Of a DNA stretch of 64,000 bases, positions 35,635-44,891 are shown one piece after another; the stretch's first letter is position 1, and the number at the start of each line of letters is the position of its first letter. Below the pieces are notes generated by a model, which saw nothing but the letters and a program-made list of their open reading frames with translations, was not told the origin of the DNA and ran no database searches. The position numbers and the translations under genes are program-made. The stretch is from Bacillota bacterium (GTDB lineage: Bacteria; Bacillota; Negativicutes; Sporomusales; CTSoil-080): the NCBI GenBank assembly GCA_017889725.1, contig JAGGAE010000007.1:3860-67859 (forward strand). Direction: 5' to 3'.

Positions 35635-35698
35635 AGTAATATTTAATTACTATTACTTTGTAAAAAACTATATAAAATAATAGTAATTAAATATTACT
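35635..35698. repeat. perfect 21-bp inverted repeat (agtaatatttaattactatta / taatagtaattaaatattact) with a 22-nt spacer, upstream of rubredoxin
   Basis: Read directly. The right arm overlaps the -35/spacer region of a TGgTAAAAT extended -10 at 35701-35709. Confidence 0.85.
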
Positions 35699-35752
35699 TA
35701 TGGTAAAATAGTCCAAGAGAAGTTAATCAAATAACTAAGGAGCGGAGAAATT

Positions 35753-35911
35753 ATGGCTAAATATATTTGTGTAATTTGTGGTTATGAGTATGACGAGGAG
35801 ACCGGCGATACTGAAAATGGGATTCCTGCCGGAACATCTTTTGATTCTTTGCCGGAAGATTGGGTTTGTCCTACTTGTAGCGTTGATAAAACTCAGTTTG
35901 AGAAACAATAG
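35753..35911 (+). CDS. rubredoxin
   Basis: 52 aa, not in the ORF track. MAKYICVICGYEYDEETGDTENGIPAGTSFDSLPEDWVCPTCSVDKTQFEKQ with CxxCG and CPxC iron ligands. AAGGAG lies upstream. Confidence 0.9.
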   Translation: MAKYICVICGYEYDEETGDTENGIPAGTSFDSLPEDWVCPTCSVDKTQFEKQ

Positions 35912-36051
35912 TCGTCAAAATTTCAGATTAGAAGATCCTTTCTTCAATTTAATAACTTTTTTACAGGGAGAGATACCTCGTGAACATGCTGATTATGATG
36001 TTATCGGCATCTAAATAAGATATTCCTCCTTTTAACGGAAAGACTTAATGG

Positions 36052-36100
36052 AAAAAATCAGGTATAAGCTTCATTGTGGAAGCTTATACCTGATTTTTTT
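36052..36100. terminator. bidirectional terminator between rubredoxin and rpoN
   Basis: 21-bp stem aaaaaatcaggtataagcttc / gaagcttatacctgatttttt. Confidence 0.8.
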
Positions 36101-36114
36101 ATAAAGATTTTATT

Positions 36115-37509
36115 CTAATATCTCCGCCGTTTGCTTGATGCCGGAATTCCTAATTCCTCCCGGTATTTGGCCACGGTTCTCCGGGAAAGGGTTATCCCCT
36201 TCTTTTCCATATATTCTGTGATAGACTGATCACTCAGAGGCCGAAGCGGGTCTTCCCCTGCTACCATTTCTTTGATTTGCCATTTGACGGTTGAAGCCGA
36301 CAGCGCCTGCCCATCCGCGCCTTGCAAGCCTGCAGTAAAAAAGTTTCGAAGGGCTACTATGCCATGTGGGGTATCCGCATATTTATTGGCGATGGCCCGG
36401 CTGACTGTAGATTCGTGAATGCCCAGTTCATTGGCCACTTCTTTCATAGTCAGCGGCTTTAAGTAATGCGGCCCCATATCAAAGTACGCCTGCTGTAAAG
36501 AAATCAGGGTTTTTACTACATTATATAAAGTACGCCGCCGCTGTTCAATGCTTTTTATCAACCATACCGCGGCGTTTATGCGCCCTTCCACGAATTTCTT
36601 GGCTCCGTGGTCAACATCCCGCGCAATGTGCCGATAAAACGGGTTAATGGTCAGATGCGGTACTTGGTTGTCATTAATTATAATAACATATTCCCCATTG
36701 ACCCGTTCGATGGTTACATCAGGAACGATGTAAGTGGGTTGGTCAGCGCCATGAAAGGCACGCCCCGGTTTGGGTTCAAGAGTTCGGATTACATCAACCG
36801 CTTTTTGCACCTGCAGTGGAGTGTAGCCGGTTTTTTCGGCAATCGTTTTTAAATGGCCGGTACCTACTTCATCTAAATGTTCTCTAATTATAGACAGCAC
36901 TAAGTCATCGGTAATGCCCTTCTGCTCAGCTTGTATTTCCAGACATTCCTTTAAGCTTCTGGCACCCACCCCCGGCGGGTCAAACGTTTGGATGACTTGT
37001 AAGACTTCTGCCACTTGCTGTTCACTTAACCCCAACTTAGCTGCCGCTTCAGCGACTGTGCCGGACAAGTAACCATTATCGTCAATACAGCCGATAAGAT
37101 ATTTCCCTGTTGTACATTGTTGAGCCGTTAAGCCACTAAGATGCATCTGGAATTCCAGATGTTCTTCTAATGTGGAAGCCACCGATACATAGGCCGAAAG
37201 CGGCATTTTTTCTTCCGCAGTCCGCATGGTATATCCCGCATCGCTTCCTTCATTAAAATACTCCGCCCAATCCATGTATTCCTGAAGCTGATCGTTTGGT
37301 GCATCTTCTCCTGTATCTTCCGCGGTATCTGAAGTATTCGCATCGTTTTTTTCTTCTATCTCCAATACCGGATTTTCCAACAATTCTTGTTCGACCATTT
37401 CAGCCAGTTCCATTGAGGAAAGCTGCAAGATCGCTATGGCTTGTTGTAATTGCGGAGTCATAATGAGTTTTTGGTTCATCTCCAACTTCAAACCATAGTC
37501 CATCCGCAT
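36115..37509 (-). CDS. rpoN: RNA polymerase sigma-54 factor
   Basis: 464 aa. N-terminal Gln/Leu-rich region and C-terminal RpoN box ARRTVAKYRE. Confidence 0.93.
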   Translation of the reverse strand: MRMDYGLKLEMNQKLIMTPQLQQAIAILQLSSMELAEMVEQELLENPVLEIEEKNDANTSDTAEDTGEDAPNDQLQEYMDWAEYFNEGSDAGYTMRTAEEKMPLSAYVSVASTLEEHLEFQMHLSGLTAQQCTTGKYLIGCIDDNGYLSGTVAEAAAKLGLSEQQVAEVLQVIQTFDPPGVGARSLKECLEIQAEQKGITDDLVLSIIREHLDEVGTGHLKTIAEKTGYTPLQVQKAVDVIRTLEPKPGRAFHGADQPTYIVPDVTIERVNGEYVIIINDNQVPHLTINPFYRHIARDVDHGAKKFVEGRINAAVWLIKSIEQRRRTLYNVVKTLISLQQAYFDMGPHYLKPLTMKEVANELGIHESTVSRAIANKYADTPHGIVALRNFFTAGLQGADGQALSASTVKWQIKEMVAGEDPLRPLSDQSITEYMEKKGITLSRRTVAKYREELGIPASSKRRRY

Positions 37510-37562
37510 TTCTTATCCCCCTCCTCTTTTTACTCCACTATATGTCAATGCAGTTATTTTCG

Positions 37563-38573
37563 CTAACAAATTCTAGGCAATTGGTCCCCGGGCAGCATGT
37601 CTAAAAGCCGTACTCCTCCAACAAGAGTCCGGAGTCCAACCTGGCCTTTGGGGTCTTTAGTTACCTGTCCTATTACTTTGGCGTTACGGCCATACACATG
37701 CTGTTTAAGTATCGCCAGTGCTTTATCTGTATGGACTGATTCGACAAATATGACGGCTTTACCTTCATTTGCGAGATATAAGGGATCATATCCGAGCATG
37801 TCACATACTGCCATTACTTCAGGGTTAACCGGTATGTCCATTTCGTTGATTATGATACCTGCCTGCGCCTGGGACGCTACTTCATTGAGTACGGTAGCAA
37901 GTCCGCCGCGGGTCGGATCACGCAGTACGGCAATCTCCGGCACATTGTACAAAAGTTCCTCAATCATACCATTTAGCGGGGCGCAATCACTGGTTATATT
38001 AACCGGTAGCGTAAGCCCATGACGTTCGGCCATTATGGTTACGGCATGATCGCCAAGACTGCCGGTAAGGATAATATTTTGCCCGGAACAGGCCCTTTGC
38101 GGCGAAATGTTTACTCCCTCTATCAAGGCTCCCACGCCCGCCGTATTAATATAAATGCCGTCAGCCGCCCCCTTTTCCACCACTTTAGTGTCCCCTGTCA
38201 CTATAGTTACGTTTGCCTGAAATGCCGCCTGCCGCATAGAATCAACAACGCGCAAAAGATCCGACTGGGGAAACCCTTCTTCAATAATAAACCCGGCGGA
38301 AAGATATAGGGCTTTCGCCCCCGTCATGGCTAAATCATTTACTGTACCGCATACCGCCAGTTTGCCAATGTCCCCGCCTGCAAAAAATAAGGGCTTTACT
38401 ACATGAGAGTCTGTTGTAAAGGCCAATTTTGCCCCATTCACTGTCACTTTGGCCCCATCATGCATTTCATCGAGAGCGGGATTGGAAAACGCCGGTCGCA
38501 TGACTTCTTCAATTAGCTTTTGGCTGAGTTTTCCCCCGCTGCCATGCGCTAGAAGGATTTTTTCCTCTTTCAT
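37563..38573 (-). CDS. hypE: hydrogenase maturation protein HypE
   Basis: AIR-synthase-like fold and C-terminal PRIC motif. The start overlaps the hypD stop (ATGA). Confidence 0.9.
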   Translation of the reverse strand: MKEEKILLAHGSGGKLSQKLIEEVMRPAFSNPALDEMHDGAKVTVNGAKLAFTTDSHVVKPLFFAGGDIGKLAVCGTVNDLAMTGAKALYLSAGFIIEEGFPQSDLLRVVDSMRQAAFQANVTIVTGDTKVVEKGAADGIYINTAGVGALIEGVNISPQRACSGQNIILTGSLGDHAVTIMAERHGLTLPVNITSDCAPLNGMIEELLYNVPEIAVLRDPTRGGLATVLNEVASQAQAGIIINEMDIPVNPEVMAVCDMLGYDPLYLANEGKAVIFVESVHTDKALAILKQHVYGRNAKVIGQVTKDPKGQVGLRTLVGGVRLLDMLPGDQLPRIC

Positions 38574-39664
38574 ATCTGCCACCTCCCCGTGCCGTACCGA
38601 TACCACGCAGCACACGCTCCCTCAACAGAGACCATGCAGGAACCGACTGGCTGCTCCGGTCGGCAGATATCACCGAACAAGGAACATTCAAAAGGTTTGG
38701 CGACACCTCTTAATACCTCGCCGCAGCGACAACCGCGCGGTTCTACCGTGGGCTCTACTTCGACAGGTATACTTTCTTCAGCATCAAACCGGCGGTATTT
38801 GGCGTTAACCTTAAGTCCTGAAAAGTTTATAAGACCGATTCCCCGCCACACGGCATCGTCTTCCTCATACACTTGGGAGAGTATATTCCTGGCGGCAACA
38901 TTTCCTTCCGGCTTTACAATACGCCGATACTGGTTTTCTACAGCAGCTTTTCCTTCTCTGATTTGCTTAACCAAAAAATATACGGCCTGTAGTATGTCAA
39001 GGGCTTCAAACCCGGCAATAACAGCCGGGACGGAAAACCGTTCACTTAAAAAAGCATATGCTTGTTCTCCAATAATGGCACTGACATGCCCCGGCAGCAG
39101 AAGTCCGTCCAGAGTAATATCATCGGCGGCACATAAAGCATTAAGGGCCGGAGGCACTCGTTTATGCGCCGATAACACATAAAAGTTTCTCAGCATTTTT
39201 CTCTCAGCTTCTAATACGGTTGCTGCAGCTGTTGGAGCTGTGGTTTCAAAGCCGACAGCTAAAAAGATTACTTTTTTATCAAGGTTACCGGCAGCAATGT
39301 CCAGGCTTTCCAGCGGCGAGTATACAACACGAATATCTCTTCCTTCCGCCTTTTCCGCAGCCAGACTGGAAGTTGAACCCGGCACTTTCAGCATATCGCC
39401 GAAGGTTGTAATAATAGTGTCCTTTTGACGGCTGTAGGCAATGGCCATGTCTAAATAGTCGTTAGGGGTTACACACACCGGACAGCCCGGGCCGCTAATA
39501 AGTTCAACCTCACAAGGCAGGAGCTGCCGGATGCCGGATTTAAAAATCGCCACAGTGTGCGTACCGCATACTTCCATTAGCCTGAGCGGCCGATTGGTCA
39601 GCCGCCGGATTTCTTTGACAAAAAATTCGGCGCTTCGCTTCTGTTCTTCGTTACTGATCTTCAT
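38570..39664 (-). CDS. hypD: hydrogenase maturation protein HypD
   Basis: 364 aa with CGTHT, GPGCPVCV and GFETT motifs. Confidence 0.92.
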   Translation of the reverse strand: MKISNEEQKRSAEFFVKEIRRLTNRPLRLMEVCGTHTVAIFKSGIRQLLPCEVELISGPGCPVCVTPNDYLDMAIAYSRQKDTIITTFGDMLKVPGSTSSLAAEKAEGRDIRVVYSPLESLDIAAGNLDKKVIFLAVGFETTAPTAAATVLEAERKMLRNFYVLSAHKRVPPALNALCAADDITLDGLLLPGHVSAIIGEQAYAFLSERFSVPAVIAGFEALDILQAVYFLVKQIREGKAAVENQYRRIVKPEGNVAARNILSQVYEEDDAVWRGIGLINFSGLKVNAKYRRFDAEESIPVEVEPTVEPRGCRCGEVLRGVAKPFECSLFGDICRPEQPVGSCMVSVEGACAAWYRYGTGRWQI

Positions 39665-39875
39665 ATTGCGCCAGCTCCTTTAACAGCTCCATGGTCCGTT
39701 CCGCTTCTTCCTGATCGACAAGCTGAATGGCAAAACCGGCATGAACCAGTACGTAGTCACCCACTTTCGCTTCGGGCACCAGCATAATGCTGGCTTGCCG
39801 GGTAACACCGTTAATTTCGATAGTAGCCAGCATATCCTGGAGTTTTATAATTTGTGCCGGTACCGCTAAACACAT
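39651..39875 (-). CDS. hypC: hydrogenase maturation chaperone HypC/HupF
   Basis: 74 aa beginning MCLAVP, the essential N-terminal Cys. Confidence 0.9.
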   Translation of the reverse strand: MCLAVPAQIIKLQDMLATIEINGVTRQASIMLVPEAKVGDYVLVHAGFAIQLVDQEEAERTMELLKELAQYEDQ

Positions 39876-42041
39876 CGTCCTTCACTCCTTTTCCTGGCTA
39901 CTGCAATCTGCCCCAATGAGAGGCCGCCGTCATTGGGAGGAACCATTTTCGGTAGAAGTACAATAAAATCTTTTTCGAGCTGGGTGACGACCAGACTTAA
40001 TAATGTCACGTTTTGAAATACTCCGCCACTCAATACAACTTTATTTACACCCGTCATTCTTCCTAGCCTACCGACAGTCTCAATCATGGCGGCGGCCACA
40101 GTGGCATGAAAGTCGGCCGCCAGTGATCTATAATCCGCCCCTGCTTCCATTCTGTTGACTAAGGCTTCGAAAGCAGGTGAAAAATCAAGTTCCAGAGGGG
40201 TACCTCCCTGTATTTGGTATGGAAGCGCCTTGCCTTGAATTCCGGCAGCTGCCAATTCGAGTTCAACGGCGGCTTGACCTTCATAATGAATATGAGTACG
40301 TATCCCTAAAATAGCCGCTGCTATATCAAATAAACGCCCGGCTCCAGCCGAAAGAGGGGTATTGATTCCCTTTTCCGCCGCCTGAAGCACCAGCTGCCAA
40401 CCTTCCTGTAGACGGGAAGTTAACGGGACAGCCCGGTTAATAAAGTCCGGTCCGTACAGGCTGTATAACTGCCATGCCGCCAATCGCCACGGTTCCTGGA
40501 TGGCTCTTGCACCACCCGGCAGTTTCAAATAGGCACAGTGAGCCAGCCGTATATAGTCACTACAGTCGGCGAGGAAAAACTCCCCGCCCCATATATTGCC
40601 ATCAGTTCCATAGCCGGTTCCGTCAAAGGCAACACCAATAACTTTTTCATCCATACCGTGCTCCGCCAATACAGCGGCGATATGGGCATGATGATGCTGG
40701 ACGCCAACAACTGGCAATCCCAATTCCCGGGCGTATTGTGTTGATAGATAGCCTGGATGAAGATCACAGGCCACTAACTCCGGCGTAATGTTAAGCATTT
40801 CCTGGTAATGACGTATCGAATCACGATAACTATTATAAGTTGCTTGGTTTTCCAAATCACCGGTATGAGCACTGATAAAAGCCATATTATCAGCAGTAAG
40901 ACAGAAAGTATTTTTTAGCTCTCCACCACAGGCGAGTATTTTAGGGCCTGACGTAGCTAACTTAATAGGTGCCGGGGCCAAGCCCCGCCCGCGCCGCAAC
41001 CAGTACGGCTTTTCCTGAAAAGTGCGGCAAACCGAATCGTCAGCCCGACAATAAATCCTCCGGTTGTGCACCAAAAAATAATCTGCAATCGTGCTCAGCC
41101 TGTCAAATGCATCGTCATCTTCATAAACAATGGGTTCATCACTGATATTTCCGCTTGTCATAACCAAGATATCTTCTGGTCTTAAAAGGAAATAGTGAAC
41201 CGGGGCATAAGGCAGCATAACGCCGAGATACGGATTTCCCGGGGCGACGGCCTCTGCTAAAGAGTATTCCGCCGATTTTTTTACAAGAACAATCGGCTTA
41301 ACCGAACCCGTCAAAAGCTGGGCTTCCTCTTTAGTAACCACACAATGCCGTTTGAGAATATCAAGGCTTCCGCCCATTACGGCAAAAGGCTTATCTTCCC
41401 GAAGCTTACGTCGCGGCAATCAGTTGGCGGGCAGTCTCTATAGGCTCTCCTGACTGGATTTCCTTTTGTTCATTAAATAAACGATAGGACGGGCCGCACT
41501 CCGGGCAAGCGTTCGGCTGAGCATGAAACCGCCGGTTGCTCGGATCCTGATACTCTTCTCGGCATGTACTGCACATGGTAAACTCAGCCATAGTGGTTTG
41601 CTCACGATCATATGGCGTACCTGTAATAATGGTATACCTGGGACCACAGTTGGTACAATTGGTAAACGGGTAGCGATACCTGCGGTCTTTGGGGTCGGTA
41701 ATCTCCCTCTGGCAGTCGGCGCAAGTTGCTACATCCGGCGAAACAAAAACTTGCCGTTCTGCTTTTGCTTCGCTTTTACGGATAATAAAATCGGATTCCC
41801 CCTTGAGTTCACAGGGATCAGCCCAAATTTCCTCGAGAACGGCTACCGGCGGAACCTCAGTTTTAAGCGCCTGTACAAAAGACTCAACCGCGAAAGGAAC
41901 GCCCTCTATTTCTATTATTACTCCGCTTCCGATATTTTGGACCCAGCCCGCCAACGCAAAACGCCTAGCCAGATTATATACGAAAGGACGAAACCCTACC
42001 CCTTGCACGATACCTGTAACTCCGATTCTCATGCGCTTCAT
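39866..42041 (-). pseudogene. hypF: carbamoyltransferase HypF, disrupted by an internal deletion plus frameshift (or assembly error)
   Basis: The N-terminal ORF (acylphosphatase GIVQGVGFRPFVY plus two CxxC-N18-CxxC zinc fingers) stops at 41406 after ARQLIAAT. The next frame starts RRKLREDKPFAVM and runs through the YrdC-like remainder and the Kae1-like domain. The conserved KGLGGFHL.CDA block expected between them is missing. Confidence 0.75.
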
Positions 42042-42112
42042 CCATATTCTCCTTAGTCATTAGGCAAACGTAAATTTCAGTATATTCACACTAATTTCGT
42101 TAAGAAGGCAGG

Positions 42113-43471
42113 TTATTCCTGCCCTTTTTGAAGCGTTAAACACGCTTGGATCATAAGTGCACACTCCAGACGTTTCTTTTGAAGTTCGCACCCTAAGAGA
42201 TACGGTTTATCTATAGTCGCATTAAAAAGATCCGCATTAGCATGACAACCGCCGCTGCAATAAAACCTTGCCCAACATTCCCGGCACTCACTTTTATTAA
42301 GAACATGTGCCTGCCGGAATACTTCTGTCATTTTTGATTTTTTTATACCTTCAGAAACATTTCCCAATAAGTAGTTATCCCGTCCAACAAACTGATGACA
42401 AGGATACAAATCTCCGTCCGGGGTTACTGCGAAATATTCATGTCCGGCACCACAGCCACTAAGCCGCTTTGCTACACAGGGGCCGTTGGAAAGATCCAGA
42501 TTGAAATGAAAGAACTCAAACCCCTGCCCTATTGCCCGCTGGTCAAGGTAGTATTTGGCCAAATTTTCGTATTCCGAAAACAACACCGGTAAATGCTCTT
42601 CTTTAAGCGCATACTCTTCCTCTTTAGCAATAACCGGTTCTATCGACAATTGTTTAAAGCCTAAATCAACCATGGCTTTCACATCTGCTGCAAAGTCCAG
42701 ATTATGGGCAGTAAATGTGCCGCGCATATAATAACTCTGCCCCTGCCTTGAATCTACCAGTTGCTTGGCTCCGGCCACTACTTCGTCAAAGCTGCCCGAA
42801 CCGTCCGCATAGGGTCTCATAGCATCATGAACTTCCCGCCGACCATCCAGACTAAGCACAACACTGATATTCTCACTATTAAGATACTCAATAATGGAGT
42901 TGTTCAATAGTGCTGCGTTGGTGGTTAAGGTCAATTTGAATACTTTGCCTGTTTCCGCTTCTCTTTTGCGTATATAGCTAACGGCATGACGTACCGTTTC
43001 CATATTGAGCAGGGGTTCACCGCCGAAAAAGTCGACTTCGCAATTCTTACGAGCGCCACTGTTGGCAATGATGAAATCAATTGCCTGTTCGGCCACATGT
43101 TTAGGCATCAGACTCCGGTCATGACCGAAATCGCCAGTTCCGGCAAAGCAATAGCCGCACCTTAAGTTACAGTCATGCGCGACATGAAGGCAGAGCGATT
43201 TAACCAACGGCTTTTCTCTAAAAGTTACCGGAGTAGTTACCTCCGGAGCAAATAGAAGCCCTTGGTCTTTTAATTCATGAAGTTCTGCCAATACTTCCAC
43301 GATCTCGCCTTCGCCATATTTTGAACCAAGTGCAACCTGTACTTCTTTATCATTTACACCATTAAATACCGCCATTGCCTCATACGCCAGACCATCCAAC
43401 ACGTGGACTGCTCCGCTGTTGACATCCAGAACAAAATAAAGACCATTCATAAAAAACCTATGTATGTTCAT
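42113..43471 (-). CDS. scfB: SCIFF peptide radical SAM maturase (thioether-forming, SPASM domain)
   Basis: 452 aa. CNLRCGYC rSAM motif, GGEPLL, C-terminal SPASM cysteines. Directly downstream of a SCIFF precursor. Confidence 0.88.
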   Translation of the reverse strand: MNIHRFFMNGLYFVLDVNSGAVHVLDGLAYEAMAVFNGVNDKEVQVALGSKYGEGEIVEVLAELHELKDQGLLFAPEVTTPVTFREKPLVKSLCLHVAHDCNLRCGYCFAGTGDFGHDRSLMPKHVAEQAIDFIIANSGARKNCEVDFFGGEPLLNMETVRHAVSYIRKREAETGKVFKLTLTTNAALLNNSIIEYLNSENISVVLSLDGRREVHDAMRPYADGSGSFDEVVAGAKQLVDSRQGQSYYMRGTFTAHNLDFAADVKAMVDLGFKQLSIEPVIAKEEEYALKEEHLPVLFSEYENLAKYYLDQRAIGQGFEFFHFNLDLSNGPCVAKRLSGCGAGHEYFAVTPDGDLYPCHQFVGRDNYLLGNVSEGIKKSKMTEVFRQAHVLNKSECRECWARFYCSGGCHANADLFNATIDKPYLLGCELQKKRLECALMIQACLTLQKGQE

Positions 43472-43493
43472 ACTTCACCTTTTTCAAAAAATT

Positions 43494-43520
43494 AAGTCCC
43501 TTCGCCAAGGCGAGGGACTT
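43494..43520 (-). terminator. intercistronic hairpin (partial terminator/attenuator) between the SCIFF peptide and its maturase
   Basis: Minus strand reads AAGTCCCTCGCCTTGGCGAAGGGACTT followed by AATTTTTTG, then the RBS AAAGGTGAAG of scfB. Confidence 0.6.
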
Positions 43521-43530
43521 TGTTTTGGGC

Positions 43531-43671
43531 CTACTTCGCGCAGACTTGGTTGCCTACGGTACAAGATGTTTTACACGCCGATTGGCAGGAAGCCTGACAT
43601 TCCCCACACCCGCCGGTATGCAACGTATTTTGCAGATTTCCTTTATTGATTGTTGTAATATGTTTCGCCAT
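43531..43671 (-). CDS. scfA: six-cysteine peptide SCIFF (ranthipeptide precursor)
   Basis: 46 aa, missed by the ORF track. MAKHITTINKGNLQNTLHTGGCGECQASCQSACKTSCTVGNQVCAK carries the family signature GGCGECQxSCQSACKTSCTVGNQ. GGAGGG lies upstream. Confidence 0.92.
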   Translation of the reverse strand: MAKHITTINKGNLQNTLHTGGCGECQASCQSACKTSCTVGNQVCAK

Positions 43672-43743
43672 TTATGTCCCTCCTTGCTACTATCTGTTTT
43701 ACCTTTTTATAATACCATAGTTTAGCATATCGAACAACTCTCG

Positions 43744-44799
43744 CTATTCAGGGCTAATAATCAATTTTACCGGCAAGTTGGAAGCTCCTGGAGGACTGAA
43801 TGTCAGCCATAAAGAATCTCCACCGGGAAATTTACCGATTTCGCTATATTCCGCTTCCGTGGCGGTTCCCATAAATAGCTTGTCATCCGGCGTTTGTACA
43901 GACGGTAGATTAGCATGCCGATATTTTAAACCTATCGCCCCGGCATACGTTCCGCCTCTGGGATTTATAGAATAGGAAAGCGGTTTTCCTTCGGTGGTCG
44001 GTAAAAAGATATGATAAACGATTCCATAATTACCATAGTTACAAACTTTGCTTCCGTCCGTTGCATCAATACCGGATACATACTTATCAATATTGTTATC
44101 AGCCAAGGTCACGGCTACCGCCCCATCGGTATCGCCATCATAAAGTTTTGCTCCTATTAAGAGCCGCTCACACCCGTCAAAGGTTCCTCTTAGACGGTAT
44201 TCATCTGCGGCAAGTACTTTGGCCTGCCCAGCAAAGGCTTCGGGCTTGACATCCACCGGCATCATCATGGTAGAAACCCGAACCATGCGATTAGTCATAA
44301 AATCGTAAATGCCATTGACTAACATGTCCGGTTTTACAACCGACTCGCCCAATTTTTGAGAGAGAAGCGCCTTGCCGCGCGGAGGAATATTTATTATATA
44401 TAGCGGGCCACCATCCATATAGGCCACTTCCGCATCTTTTCCCACTTGAATCCAATCTTTGTTAGGCCCCCCTAACCCATACCGGTGAACAATCACTTCC
44501 GCAGGACGGTCTTCTTCGTTTTCCAGTATAGCTACAATGCGTTTATCGGTTTGCGTTGCATTGACATGATGAAAGAAAAGACGGGCATTGCCTACTACCG
44601 AGTCCCGGTACATAATCCCATCACCATAAACCATTTCCGGGCTGTCCGATAGCAGAAGCTTTCCCCCGTAAGAGCTGGATATAACGTCCCATTCCGGCAA
44701 CTTTAATGCGTCCGTCGGCAAAATACCAGTTGCACTTGCCGTAGCCATTCCTAGCATTCCTAAGATCATGGTTGCCGCTATCATTTTTTTTATATTCAA
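43744..44799 (-). CDS. secreted protein of unknown function
   Basis: 351 aa. Sec signal peptide MNIKKMIAATMILGMLGMATASA. No recognised motif. Confidence 0.6.
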   Translation of the reverse strand: MNIKKMIAATMILGMLGMATASATGILPTDALKLPEWDVISSSYGGKLLLSDSPEMVYGDGIMYRDSVVGNARLFFHHVNATQTDKRIVAILENEEDRPAEVIVHRYGLGGPNKDWIQVGKDAEVAYMDGGPLYIINIPPRGKALLSQKLGESVVKPDMLVNGIYDFMTNRMVRVSTMMMPVDVKPEAFAGQAKVLAADEYRLRGTFDGCERLLIGAKLYDGDTDGAVAVTLADNNIDKYVSGIDATDGSKVCNYGNYGIVYHIFLPTTEGKPLSYSINPRGGTYAGAIGLKYRHANLPSVQTPDDKLFMGTATEAEYSEIGKFPGGDSLWLTFSPPGASNLPVKLIISPE

Positions 44800-44891
44800 G
44801 GTAGTACCTCCTTTTACTAGCCTATTATAACAAACACAATAAAGTTATGTAAAATAGTTAAGTTTTCCTCACCTAAGTTACTCGATCCAAG

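Noticed and set aside
35778-36014. 78-aa ORF overlapping rubredoxin in another frame
   Set aside because: The 52-aa rubredoxin frame has unmistakable CxxCG/CPxC motifs and an SD. The overlapping ORF is an artefact.
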